Below, piece after piece: positions 18,582 through 27,716 of a stretch of 52,819 nt of DNA. The number at the start of each line of letters is the position of its first letter. The stretch's first letter is position 1. The translations under genes and the position numbers were made by a program. Under the pieces are notes generated by a model. It did not search any database and was not told the DNA's origin. It worked only from the letters and a program-made list of their open reading frames with translations. The stretch is from a virus. Its lineage: Duplodnaviria > Caudoviricetes. The stretch is from positions 1 through 52,819 of the IMG/VR virus record IMGVR_UViG_3300035703_000127; one strand, written 5' to 3'.

Positions 18582-19129
18582 AGCTCTTCTGCCGTCTTGC
18601 GCTCCTGCTCCTCGGCGTTGCTGTCTTCCTGTTGCTCGCCTGCTTCGGTCTGGACAAAGGCGAAGATCGCCGCGATCAGCAGCTCCCCCAGCTGGCGGGT
18701 GTCGGCCTCGCTCCAATCCTCACAGCCGGGCAGACGGTTGACGATCACGGCCGTCACCCCAGCGATCTGGCGGCGATCGTTCCAGGCCACCGTGGCATCG
18801 GTCAGGGCGCCGAGGGGTCCGGCGTACTTGGCGCGCAGCTCCAGCTCCTGGCCGGTGAGCACCGCGCCGGCGCCCAGCGCGGCCCCAAGGATGCGCGTCA
18901 CCATCGTGTGGGCATCGAGGTGGGGGAGGCCTTCGGCCTTGGCGATCTCGGCGGCCACCAGGGCGCTCTCTTTGAACAGGGAGAACCCGCCATCGGCGTT
19001 GCGCAGGGCCTCCCGTTCAAACCACCTCAGCGAGCCGTAGCGGGGGAACTCCAGCTCGCCGATCTCCGGGTTGCCGACGGTGACGGCGGCCTGACGGGGC
19101 TGGGTCTTGAACGGAAGCGGCTTGCTCAC
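18359..19129 (-). CDS. Tail assembly chaperone (G-like)
   Basis: Globular part ends ...EELGK at G GGA AAA, then a low-complexity Pro/Ser tail. Confidence 0.7.
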   Translation of the reverse strand: MSKPLPFKTQPRQAAVTVGNPEIGELEFPRYGSLRWFEREALRNADGGFSLFKESALVAAEIAKAEGLPHLDAHTMVTRILGAALGAGAVLTGQELELRAKYAGPLGALTDATVAWNDRRQIAGVTAVIVNRLPGCEDWSEADTRQLGELLIAAIFAFVQTEAGEQQEDSNAEEQERKTAEELGKLPPAPGNRPPNPTGSGSTGDCEPSTPEPMSSDQTALALTPSPTSSAPSKPANGRSAKGSSATSSPSPSSPV

Positions 19130-19168
19130 GCTGGGGGCGCATGTAAGCCAGCTTTCCGGCTCAGCTGA

Positions 19169-19624
19169 TCAGAGCTTGAGGGCCTGGAGCCACACCTCTT
19201 TGAACCGCGCCTGCACGTCGTAGGGCTCGATCCCGGCAATCCGCTCGGTGCCCAGCACTGCGGATGTCCACGGCCGGGGCGGCAGGTTCACCAGCTGGGC
19301 CTTGGGGTTGCCATAGGGCCGGATCGTGGCCCCCTCATGCACAAACGAGGCGTAGTTGACGGTCCAACGGAAGACCGCCTCATAGCCCGACACTCCGAAG
19401 CTGTTGCTCTGCCGCAGCGCGCCGGTATCCACGATCGTGCGGGGGCTGCCCACGGCCTTGTTGTTCACCCGCACCGTCTGCCGGGGCCAGGCCCAGACCT
19501 TCGAGCCGATAGCGTCCTGGAAGCGGCCGTTGAGCTCGCTGAACACCACCTTGGCGGCCGTCTGGGCGGCCTGTTCGGCCCGCTGGGCCAGGGGCACATC
19601 GAACTTGACGGTGAACTTGCTCAT
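19169..19624 (-). CDS. HK97 gp10-like neck/tail completion protein
   Basis: IVDTGALRQS...VNYASFVHEG...PPRPW motifs. Confidence 0.75.
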   Translation of the reverse strand: MSKFTVKFDVPLAQRAEQAAQTAAKVVFSELNGRFQDAIGSKVWAWPRQTVRVNNKAVGSPRTIVDTGALRQSNSFGVSGYEAVFRWTVNYASFVHEGATIRPYGNPKAQLVNLPPRPWTSAVLGTERIAGIEPYDVQARFKEVWLQALKL

Positions 19625-20103
19625 CGCGTCTCCGCGAAGATCCCGGCGAACTTGTCGCCTGCCGCAGCCCGCAGCCGGGCGCCGATGCCACCACTGCCGT
19701 AGGGATGACTGATCTGGCTGAGGGTGAGCCAGCCCAACTCGGCGTCATCCACCGCCGGCAGACCGCTCAGATCGCCCCAGCAGGCCTGCAGCGTCTCCCC
19801 CGCCTTGAGGCCCTGGGGCCGGAGGCCGTTGTCCTGCCACGGCCAGCTCAATCCCAGCCCCAGCCAGTCGCTGCCCGGCGGCAGCACGGCATGGCGCACC
19901 AGGAAGCCCGACAGGCCGAACTGGCCGATCGCCAGGCCACCGGTCTGCTGCTCACCGCCACCGGCCTCACTGCTGCGGGCCCAGGCATCGATCACCACGA
20001 TCTCGGTGGGCACGCGCGAGCCATCGCGGAAGTTGGGGATGGCGGCACTGCGGCGCTCGAACCGCAGCCGGAGGTTGGCGTAGGCGGCAAAGGGGGAGGC
20101 CAT
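19621..20103 (-). CDS. Putative head-closure protein
   Basis: 160 aa; position between the adaptor-like and gp10-like genes. Confidence 0.45.
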   Translation of the reverse strand: MASPFAAYANLRLRFERRSAAIPNFRDGSRVPTEIVVIDAWARSSEAGGGEQQTGGLAIGQFGLSGFLVRHAVLPPGSDWLGLGLSWPWQDNGLRPQGLKAGETLQACWGDLSGLPAVDDAELGWLTLSQISHPYGSGGIGARLRAAAGDKFAGIFAETR

Positions 20104-20591
20104 CAGCTGCGCAGCAACACCCCGACGCTGGCGCCGTAGCCCATCTCGCTCAGGCCGATGGCGGCGAGCACCTTGGCCTGCAGGTCAGCGATGCGCGCGC
20201 CACTGGCGCCGTTGGCTGTGGCCATCTGGCCATCGCCGGCGGTGATGCGCACCTTGTAGAGCGTCTCGGTGTCGTACTGGAGCACGTCCACCTGGCGCAG
20301 CATGTCTTCTCGGGTGGGTTCAGCGCCGGGGCGGAGGCCCTCGTAGGTCTTGGCGGAATCCAGGTGGGCTCTGCCATCAGCCACCTTGCCGGCATAGGCC
20401 GCCTCCAGGGCGGTGGCCTCATCGATCCAGGCGCGGCACTGGGTCACGGTGGTGGGGCTGAGGGCCGCGACACTGTTGAGGGCACTCACCAGGTGCTGGA
20501 TGCCCGATTCGGTGACCGGGATGGCGGCATAGGTGCGGATGGCCTCGCGATCCGACTCACGCCAGAGGGGATTGAGGGGCGGGATCGCCAT
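20103..20591 (-). CDS. Putative head-tail adaptor
   Basis: 162 aa; first neck-module gene, preceded by the motif at 20607-20620. Confidence 0.45.
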   Translation of the reverse strand: MAIPPLNPLWRESDREAIRTYAAIPVTESGIQHLVSALNSVAALSPTTVTQCRAWIDEATALEAAYAGKVADGRAHLDSAKTYEGLRPGAEPTREDMLRQVDVLQYDTETLYKVRITAGDGQMATANGASGARIADLQAKVLAAIGLSEMGYGASVGVLLRS

Positions 20592-20621
20592 TGCGCCGGC
20601 TCGGGTGCCTCAGGTTTCCGC

Positions 20622-20999
20622 TCAGCGGCGCCGATCGAGACCCGTGTAGCGGTAGCCGGCCGGCCTGGGGGCGCCAGCGGCGATCCCGCGGGTGAACCCC
20701 ATGCGCTGGGCGCGCTCCGGGTTGCGCGCCACATCCTGGGCGCCATAGCCAGCGCGGTAGAGGCCGTTCACGGTGGCCAGCTGCCGCACGCTGATCCGCT
20801 TGCCGGTGAGATCGGTGCCGCGGGTCCGGGCACGGTTGGGGGCCCCGCCGATGGTGCCGTCAGGCCGGCGAATCCCGGACACCAGCTGGAATGCTTCCGA
20901 GCGGGAGGTGCCGAAGCCCGTGAGGCCTTCACGCTTCACCTTGCTGCCCTGGCGGCCTGGGGCTCGGGTGCTGCCTGCCTTGCTGTTGTTGCCTGCCAT
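20622..20999 (-). CDS. Arg-rich MAGN-leader protein
   Basis: MAGNNSKAGSTRAPG leader; motif upstream. Confidence 0.75.
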   Translation of the reverse strand: MAGNNSKAGSTRAPGRQGSKVKREGLTGFGTSRSEAFQLVSGIRRPDGTIGGAPNRARTRGTDLTGKRISVRQLATVNGLYRAGYGAQDVARNPERAQRMGFTRGIAAGAPRPAGYRYTGLDRRR

Positions 21000-21030
21000 G
21001 GGCCCGGCGCCGTTGCCTCAGGTTTCCAGC

Positions 21031-21468
21031 TCACCAGGCCTGGCGCCTCCCTTCATTCCAGGCGCGCTGATCCATGCCCCAGCGCCGGTTGGCAAGTGCT
21101 TGCCGACTGCCCCGGGGCCGGCGGCCACCTGGCTTGCTGTTGAACTTCTCGCTGTTGCGGGTCTGAAGCCGTGGGCGGTTGCCGTAGGTGGAAGCGGTGC
21201 CGTAGTCGCGCATGAAGTTCTGCGCACGCTCCGCCGTCAAGCGTGACTGCTGCGCGCGCTTCATGTCGCTGTTGATGCGCTTGTCCCTGGCGTAACGGGT
21301 CATGTCCAACGGATACGGCGTCCTCTTCTCGATCGCCACCCGTCGGGCCAGAGCGGTCACTGTGCGCTCCGCCCGGCGCTGCAGTGTGGCGTTATCGAAT
21401 GAGTTGGCTGGGCCGACAGCACCTCCAGCCGTCCGGCCACTCCCTGCTCGACTGCCGTTGCCCGCCAT
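21031..21468 (-). CDS. Arg-rich MAGN-leader protein
   Basis: True start at 21468 (MAGNGSRAGSGRTAGG), inside the longer track ORF 21031..21777. Confidence 0.75.
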   Translation of the reverse strand: MAGNGSRAGSGRTAGGAVGPANSFDNATLQRRAERTVTALARRVAIEKRTPYPLDMTRYARDKRINSDMKRAQQSRLTAERAQNFMRDYGTASTYGNRPRLQTRNSEKFNSKPGGRRPRGSRQALANRRWGMDQRAWNEGRRQAW

Positions 21469-21487
21469 GGTCCTGCTGCCTGATGCC

Positions 21488-22135
21488 TCAGGTTTCCGAC
21501 CTGCCCCGCCGCCGCCGCTTGGGCGTGCCACCGCTGTTGCGGGGGCCCGGCCGAAGGTTGTTCCTGCCGGCCTTCGGTTTGCCTTTGCCCATGTACGCCA
21601 TCTGGTTGCCGTAGATCTCCCGCGCCCTGGCGGCTGGCTTGCTGCCACGCGCTGCAGCATCAGCAGCACGCTGCATCCGCCGCTGGATGGCCTTGGCGCC
21701 GATCCGGGTTCCGACCACGCCGATCTCGACACCGGCCAGCATCCGGTCAATCGGATCCTTGGAAAGTCGCCTCTCAATCGCCCGAGCGGCGCTGCGCTCG
21801 TTCTGCCGCATCATCTTGTCAACCTGAGGCCGCTTGGACTTCACCGCATCGCTAAAGCGCTTCATCTCGGCGTCCAGATCCTTGATTGAGCGCTCGGCTT
21901 GCCGCTCGATCTGGCCCAGCCGGAGCCTGGGCGTCTTCGGGTTGAAGGAGCGGACGGCATTGGCCCGCAGTGCCAACGGCTGCCGCCGATTGCTGCGCCC
22001 GCTGGTGGGGATCACCACGCTGCGGGGCTGAGGCCTCGGCAGGCCAGCCGTGGCCCTGATGCTGTTCCCGGCCCCCTGCACCGAGACCCCGCCTGCGGAT
22101 CGGGCGCTACCGGCCCGACTGCCATTACCTGCCAC
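21488..22135 (-). CDS. Arg-rich MAGN-leader protein
   Basis: GTG start, MAGNGSRAGSARSAGG; ends ...SET* inside the motif. Confidence 0.75.
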   Translation of the reverse strand: MAGNGSRAGSARSAGGVSVQGAGNSIRATAGLPRPQPRSVVIPTSGRSNRRQPLALRANAVRSFNPKTPRLRLGQIERQAERSIKDLDAEMKRFSDAVKSKRPQVDKMMRQNERSAARAIERRLSKDPIDRMLAGVEIGVVGTRIGAKAIQRRMQRAADAAARGSKPAARAREIYGNQMAYMGKGKPKAGRNNLRPGPRNSGGTPKRRRRGRSET

Positions 22136-22165
22136 GGCATCACCGCCACTGGCTCAGGTTTCCGC

Positions 22166-22585
22166 TCAGCGCTGGCGACGGATCACCCCAGCTCGCTGCC
22201 CTGCCTTTGGCTGCGGCAGGCCACTGCGTGGGCCCACCACGTAGCCCCAAGTGCCATTGGGCAGCCGAAACTCTGATGCCCTCCAGCGGGGGGATTCAAC
22301 CCAGGTGCGGCTCATGCCGTTGGATCCGATCAGCCCGATCTTCCGGCGCCGGGCTGGCGTCATGTCCTTGTCAGCGAGGAAGACCTGGTTGGGTTGAGGG
22401 AACAACCGCTGGGCAGCCTTCAGCTGGGTCAGCTGCTCCAAGGCCTGGTCTTCCTTGCTCGCCCGGGGTGCTGGTGCTTGGGGGCGCTTGATGGCCACCA
22501 CCTGGCCGGTGCGTTGCAAGGGCTTGCTGCCAGAGCCTGGCCCCGTTGTGCGAGCGCTCCCCGCGCGGCTCCCATTGCCGGCCAT
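22166..22585 (-). CDS. Arg-rich MAGN-leader protein
   Basis: MAGNGSRAGSARTTG leader. Confidence 0.75.
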   Translation of the reverse strand: MAGNGSRAGSARTTGPGSGSKPLQRTGQVVAIKRPQAPAPRASKEDQALEQLTQLKAAQRLFPQPNQVFLADKDMTPARRRKIGLIGSNGMSRTWVESPRWRASEFRLPNGTWGYVVGPRSGLPQPKAGQRAGVIRRQR

Positions 22586-22835
22586 CGTCGAACTGCTGCG
22601 ATGCCTCAGGTTTCCATCGGCTGCCCAGGGATGTCCTGAGACCCACCGCTGGGCACAGCAGCTGCGGTCTTACCGGTCCAGGAGGTGACTGGGCCATCAC
22701 CATCCCGGCAGTTCGGCTGGCTGGTCGGCTATGTCGCGCTGGGCAGATATGGAAGGCTTGGTCTATGCGTCTTCTGCATAGGAGCGATATGCGCTGTATG
22801 GGCTGGGTATGGTTCCGCCTGAATAGTTCTGCCCG

Positions 22836-23192
22836 ATGACGCCGGATTCGGCAGGTATAGACCTCGGCGCTATTCCTGGCCTAGAGCTACAGCGTGATAG
22901 GCGGAGAGCTGTTGGCGATCGGCGACAGGAGCTGCGCTACGTCCCAGAAGAGGGCAGTTGTCCTGTGCGGCTTAGGAAGGCCAGCTCAACCCAGCATCTT
23001 CAAGCGGATTTGCTTGACATCAGCACGCGCGCCATGCGGCTGGCCCTTCATCCTCAAGCGGCATTCTCCCTTGGGGAGCGGTGCATCACGACTTGGCGGC
23101 CGCCAGGAGCGGATGAGTTGAGCCTGGGAGGATGGGTCACCAGACTGGAGAAACACAGCTTAATTATTGTGATGACGTTGACATTTTCGTAA
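22836..23192 (+). CDS. PilZ-domain-like protein (moron)
   Basis: RxxxR (RQELR) followed by DISTRA (degenerate DxSxxG) and a beta-rich C-terminus; opposite strand, lower GC. Confidence 0.55.
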   Translation: MTPDSAGIDLGAIPGLELQRDRRRAVGDRRQELRYVPEEGSCPVRLRKASSTQHLQADLLDISTRAMRLALHPQAAFSLGERCITTWRPPGADELSLGGWVTRLEKHSLIIVMTLTFS

Positions 23193-23227
23193 CAGTTAGC
23201 GGCAGCCTTGTTTCAGCATTTCAGGCC

Positions 23228-23500
23228 TCAGGTTTCCGCCGGCGGCACGGCGATCTCCTCATACCCCCCTCTGGGCAACAGCAGCAGGTGGCCATCGCCC
23301 TCGCCGTCGTTGCTCAGATCGAACGGAACCATCTCGCAACAGGCCACAGCCGTGCCGGCATCCCTGTGGATGTAGACGTGCAGGGGCCGCCCCTGGCGGT
23401 CGCAGTCCGGCCAGGAGGCGATCTGCCCCTTGAGCTGCGCGACGGTCAACCCTTCCGGGTTGCGCAGGAACAGCGGATGCAGGCTCACTTCGCCATCCAT
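23228..23500 (-). CDS. Hypothetical protein
   Basis: 90 aa; ends ...AET* inside the motif. Confidence 0.55.
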   Translation of the reverse strand: MDGEVSLHPLFLRNPEGLTVAQLKGQIASWPDCDRQGRPLHVYIHRDAGTAVACCEMVPFDLSNDGEGDGHLLLLPRGGYEEIAVPPAET

Positions 23501-23688
23501 CAGCGCAACCGCATCAGCCAGCCACGGCCCTGGGCATCGAGGCTGGCCTCCAGCACCTGCACCACGCGATGGGCCTCCCGCTCCTCCAGCTCCAGGGCGG
23601 CCTGGCGCAGGCTCTGGCGGGCAGCCTCCTCATCACGGCCCAGAACGGCGACGTGGAGCATCAGCAGGGAGCGCAGGCCGGGATCCAA
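23500..23688 (-). CDS. Hypothetical protein
   Basis: 62 aa, helical; coupled to 23228..23500. Confidence 0.45.
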   Translation of the reverse strand: MDPGLRSLLMLHVAVLGRDEEAARQSLRQAALELEEREAHRVVQVLEASLDAQGRGWLMRLR

Positions 23689-23762
23689 CCGTAAGCCACT
23701 GATTCGATGCCGAAACAGTAGCGGGGCTGATCAGGAGCGCAAACGATTCAGGGTGGCGCGGC

Positions 23763-24104
23763 TCAGTAGAGGCGGGTTGCGGGGAAGCGGAACCCTGCCC
23801 GCCTCCTGCCAACGGCGAACAGCCCCATGTCCCGATACATCCGAGCGTTCTGCGCGGTCTGGAGGGTTCTTTCAGCCCGGCGGAGGCTGCCAGTGGCTAT
23901 GCGGCCGATGCGTGAATTGACCTCCCGAGCGGCACGGTCTTCCATTGGCCCCGTTCTCATCGAACCCTGGTTGTTGCGGCTGCGGGCGCCCTCGCTGGCC
24001 TTCACGAACTGGCTCACCTGCAGGGAGGTGGGCCGGGGTGGCTGCGACGCCACTGCGCCGCCACTGCTGCGACTGCTGCCGCCCCGTGAGCCGTTACCTG
24101 CCAT
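23763..24104 (-). CDS. Arg-rich MAGN-leader protein
   Basis: MAGNGSRGGSSRSSGG leader. Confidence 0.75.
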   Translation of the reverse strand: MAGNGSRGGSSRSSGGAVASQPPRPTSLQVSQFVKASEGARSRNNQGSMRTGPMEDRAAREVNSRIGRIATGSLRRAERTLQTAQNARMYRDMGLFAVGRRRAGFRFPATRLY

Positions 24105-24139
24105 GGTCCTGCTGCTGTTGTCTCAGGTTTCCGCTGCCT

Positions 24140-24538
24140 TCAGCTGTTCACCAGGCGGCTGCGCTTGCGGCCGGCTTTCTTTGTGGTGCCGGTGGTGCGT
24201 CGTTCACGGTTGGCGAAGCCGGCCTGCAGCGATTGCGGCATCCCCGTGGCCCGATCCGTGCGGAGGCTTTCGTAGAAGTTCCGCGCCCCGCGCTGGGTGG
24301 CATTGGTCTGCAGCAGGCGCCGGTTGTTGGCGTCTTGATCCCACCGGGGGCGATCAGCGTTGGCGATGTAGCGGCGGGTTTGCATCCGATCCCGGCTGGC
24401 CCGGGCATAACGGCGTTCAAAGGCTGCCTGGCTCACCGACGCCAGGGCGTTGATCGACTTGGGCTTGTCGCTGACGGCCGTTCCCCCTCCGCCGCCGGCT
24501 GCACGGGAGCTCCCGGCCCTGTTGTTGGCGCCAGCCAT
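24140..24538 (-). CDS. Arg-rich MAGN-leader protein
   Basis: MAGANNRAGSSRAAGG leader. Confidence 0.75.
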   Translation of the reverse strand: MAGANNRAGSSRAAGGGGGTAVSDKPKSINALASVSQAAFERRYARASRDRMQTRRYIANADRPRWDQDANNRRLLQTNATQRGARNFYESLRTDRATGMPQSLQAGFANRERRTTGTTKKAGRKRSRLVNS

Positions 24539-24576
24539 GGTCTGAATGCTGTTGCCTCAGGTTTCCGGCTTGCTGC

Positions 24577-24927
24577 TTACCCCTGCCCCGCCGCGCGTTT
24601 CATGCGCCGGCGCATCTCCCGCAAACCTGCTGCCACCCCTGTGCCTGGCTCTTGACCAGCGCGCATGGCGGCGGTGAACGGATCGCGAATCTTGGTCAGC
24701 ACGCGGCCGCGCACGCTCATCATGTTGTCGAGACTGGCGTTAAAACCAGCGGCCTGAAACGCCTCTATGCGGGCGCGATCGGAGCGCAGCTTGCCATTGG
24801 ACATCACTCGGGCAAAGGCCTTTTCTTCCGCATTGAGGCGCAGCGGCGAGGGTGAAATCGTGCTGACTGGTTGGACCTTCGCTCCAGCACTGCGGCCACT
24901 TCCAGCCCGGTGCCCCGCCCCTGCCAT
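24577..24927 (-). CDS. Arg-rich MAGN-leader protein
   Basis: MAGAGHRAGSGRSAG leader; ATG at 24927. Confidence 0.7.
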   Translation of the reverse strand: MAGAGHRAGSGRSAGAKVQPVSTISPSPLRLNAEEKAFARVMSNGKLRSDRARIEAFQAAGFNASLDNMMSVRGRVLTKIRDPFTAAMRAGQEPGTGVAAGLREMRRRMKRAAGQG

Positions 24928-24945
24928 CACCCTGCGCCATCTGGC

Positions 24946-26031
24946 TCAGGTTTCCAGCGCCACGCTCGGCATCAGGCTCTCCAGCACCCCCGGGTAGCGC
25001 CGCTTCTCGCTGGCGGTTGGCAGTTTCAAGTAGCGCTGCAGCTCCTTGCGCGCGGCCGCGGGTTCCATCCCCTTGGCCTCGGCGTATTCCTTCCAGGCCT
25101 GCTGCTGGCTCTCGCGCCAGAACGCCTGATCCAGCAGCCCATCACGGGCCTCTCCGGCGGGGAGATCGGCCACCTCCTGGGGCACCGGCGTGGTCACGCA
25201 ACGGCAACGCGGGTGGGCCGGCGTCACCACCTTCCCGGCCGGGTAGATCTGCCCATGGCGGCTGGCGCAGTAGGGGCAGGCCCGTTCATCCTTCACCGCC
25301 ACCCAGCGCACGTACTCAAACCCCTGCCGCCGGGTGTGCTCCAGCTGTCCCTGCGCATAGGCCGTGGCCAGTTCACTGCGGGCGATCAGCGCCGCCCGTT
25401 GCCGCAGCCCCAGCGCACGGGTCTTGCCGGTGGGATCGCCGGCACCCTCCAGGGCACGCCGCACCTGGGCCTCCATCCGCTTGGGCCCCCACCCCCGCGC
25501 GGCCGCATCGGCCGTCACCGCCACCAGCTGTTCGCGGAACCGGGCCCCTTCTGCCCCCAGGTAGGCGCCGGCATTGCGCACCGCGGCCGCCACCGCCGGG
25601 CCGTTGGCACCGCCAAAGGGCAGCGCAGCCTCCGGGGCGCTCAGCTGGGCCAGCTCCCGGCTCAGCTCACCCCCCAGCCGCTGCGCTTCCGTCAGGTCGC
25701 GCTCCAGCTGCTGCTGCCACCGCAGGATCTCGGCCTCGCTGAGGAAGTCCTGGCTGATCTCCAGGATCGAGCGCAGCCGCGCCGAGCTTTCGCGGATCAC
25801 CGCGGCGCCACTGCGCTGCAACGGCCGCCCCTGGGCATCCACCCCTTCGGGTGCAGCGGCCTCCAGGTAGCGCCCGTAGGCCCGCTTCAGCTCAGCCATC
25901 ACCCCCGCCAGGCTGCGGCGCAGGGCCTCCACCGTGGCCGTTTCGCTGCGGGCCTCCAGTTGCCGCAGGGCCTCGGCATAGTCTTCGGCCAGCTGCAGGC
26001 TGGCTTCACCAATCCGCCGGCGGCGACTCAT
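24946..26031 (-). CDS. Minor head protein, MuF/SPP1 gp7 family
   Basis: RAALIARSE...WVAVKDERACPYCASRHG...PAHPRCRC; directly after the portal. Confidence 0.88.
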   Translation of the reverse strand: MSRRRRIGEASLQLAEDYAEALRQLEARSETATVEALRRSLAGVMAELKRAYGRYLEAAAPEGVDAQGRPLQRSGAAVIRESSARLRSILEISQDFLSEAEILRWQQQLERDLTEAQRLGGELSRELAQLSAPEAALPFGGANGPAVAAAVRNAGAYLGAEGARFREQLVAVTADAAARGWGPKRMEAQVRRALEGAGDPTGKTRALGLRQRAALIARSELATAYAQGQLEHTRRQGFEYVRWVAVKDERACPYCASRHGQIYPAGKVVTPAHPRCRCVTTPVPQEVADLPAGEARDGLLDQAFWRESQQQAWKEYAEAKGMEPAAARKELQRYLKLPTASEKRRYPGVLESLMPSVALET

Positions 26032-27635
26032 GCCACTGCGCGCTGTTGCTGCGCGCCCAGCTCAGCAGCGGCATTCAGCCCCCCGCCACCACCAGCAGGC
26101 AGGGCCTCAGGGGGGAGGCCCCCAGGCGGCAGGGCCCCGGGGGGCAGGGCCCCGGCCAGGTCGTTCACCCCAGGCACATTGCCAGCGACTGGCAGTTGCT
26201 TACGCAGCCGCTCCAGTTCATCGTCGGCGCTGGTCACCACCGTCAGCACACCGCCCTTGATGATCTGCTCCAGGAAGCTCTGGGTAGAAATCTGCTCGTT
26301 CTGCTCCAGCGACGACAGCTGCGCCACATCGGGGGCCGCCAGCGGTCGATCGAACAGGTGTGCCGCCATCGTGATCCCGGCTTCGGGGCTGAGACGCTCA
26401 CCGGTGAAGTTGCACCACAGCAGCATCAGCGCCTGCACCGCGGAGTTCTTGGCGGTGGCCACCGAACGCATCGAGGCCTCGGTGTGCGCAGCCTCCAGGC
26501 TGGCCTGGGTGGCGGTCTTGCTGCCGCCATCGCCGTAGAGGAATGCCAGGGTCTGCTCGCGGATCAGCGCTTCGATGTGGCTGATGTCCTGCGCCAGGTG
26601 GTTCAGGGAGCTGGCACCCGGTTCGGCAAAGCCAAAGCTGCCGTTGGGGTCCAGATCCACCACGCTGTTGGGCCCCAGCACCAGCGGCGCCACCTGCCCC
26701 CCAGGCCCGGGCAGGGCGCCCTTGCGCACCGGCACCGGCATGGCGGTTTTGTGCTTCAGCTCGGCATGGTCGGAGCGGCAGCGCAGGTGCTCCAGCGTCA
26801 GCTCCGCCAGCCCCGACAGGCGGATGCTGCCCTGGCCGAAGCCCTCCCGTGCCCCGGCGGCGTACCAGACCACCGGCGGAGCGGGGTAGGGCCGTCCAGC
26901 CGGTGCCTCGTAGTACCCCTGCTGGGGCACCCCATCGGCATTCACCGCCACCCGCACCGACGGCCGGCCGCCACTGCCGGCGCTGCCTTCCACGATCTCC
27001 AGCAGCCGCCAGAAGGCCTGGCCGTTGAGGGTGCCGATCAACCGGTAGCGGGGCTTGAGCTTGACGCCGTAGAGCCCGTCCTGCTCCTCAGCCCACTCGC
27101 GAATCACCAGCCAGTCGAGCACCTCCCGACCGCCCTCGTGGTGAACGCGCCAGTTCAGCAGGTTGCGGCGCTCCACCAGCGCCAGGTAGGGCCGCCGGTC
27201 TTCCGCCAGCTGGTGGCCGTTGGTGGGGACGCTGCCGGCCGGCATGTCCACGGTGATCAGGCAGCCGCCATCCCGCAGGGCCAGCTGATCGGCCTGCTGC
27301 AGAAAGCTGGTGAGATCGTTGCCGCGCCGGTCAATGTCATCGATGGCCCTCTCCAGGCTGGCTGGGGGGTTCTTGAGCTGGTAGCGGCTCAACACCCCCG
27401 CGAAGCTGGTGATGGCATCGCGGAAGAAGGGCACATAGCTGACCCGCCCCAGCCGCGCCTTGTAGGCGGCCGGTGGTTCCTTCGGCTCCTTGGGCAGGTA
27501 GTGCTCCAGCCGGCCCTTGAGGTAGTTCCAGCAGTCGCGGTTGCGATCGAGCTCCTCCAGCACATCGCGCAGCACGTGATGCTGATAGCTGGGCAGCTCA
27601 GGATCGGTTGTGGGGTGCGCGAACTTCTGCTCCAA
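26028..27635 (-). CDS. Portal protein (DUF4055-like)
   Basis: 535 aa; YLPKEPKE...YKARL, RRPYL, KTATQA motifs; lies between terminase and MuF. Confidence 0.85.
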   Translation of the reverse strand: MEQKFAHPTTDPELPSYQHHVLRDVLEELDRNRDCWNYLKGRLEHYLPKEPKEPPAAYKARLGRVSYVPFFRDAITSFAGVLSRYQLKNPPASLERAIDDIDRRGNDLTSFLQQADQLALRDGGCLITVDMPAGSVPTNGHQLAEDRRPYLALVERRNLLNWRVHHEGGREVLDWLVIREWAEEQDGLYGVKLKPRYRLIGTLNGQAFWRLLEIVEGSAGSGGRPSVRVAVNADGVPQQGYYEAPAGRPYPAPPVVWYAAGAREGFGQGSIRLSGLAELTLEHLRCRSDHAELKHKTAMPVPVRKGALPGPGGQVAPLVLGPNSVVDLDPNGSFGFAEPGASSLNHLAQDISHIEALIREQTLAFLYGDGGSKTATQASLEAAHTEASMRSVATAKNSAVQALMLLWCNFTGERLSPEAGITMAAHLFDRPLAAPDVAQLSSLEQNEQISTQSFLEQIIKGGVLTVVTSADDELERLRKQLPVAGNVPGVNDLAGALPPGALPPGGLPPEALPAGGGGGLNAAAELGAQQQRAVA

Positions 27636-27716
27636 ACCGAGATCCGCCAGCGGCCACCTTCTGGCTCAGGTTTCCAACCCCTTCCCCCATCAGGCCTCAC
27701 GGCTGGGGGCGTGATC

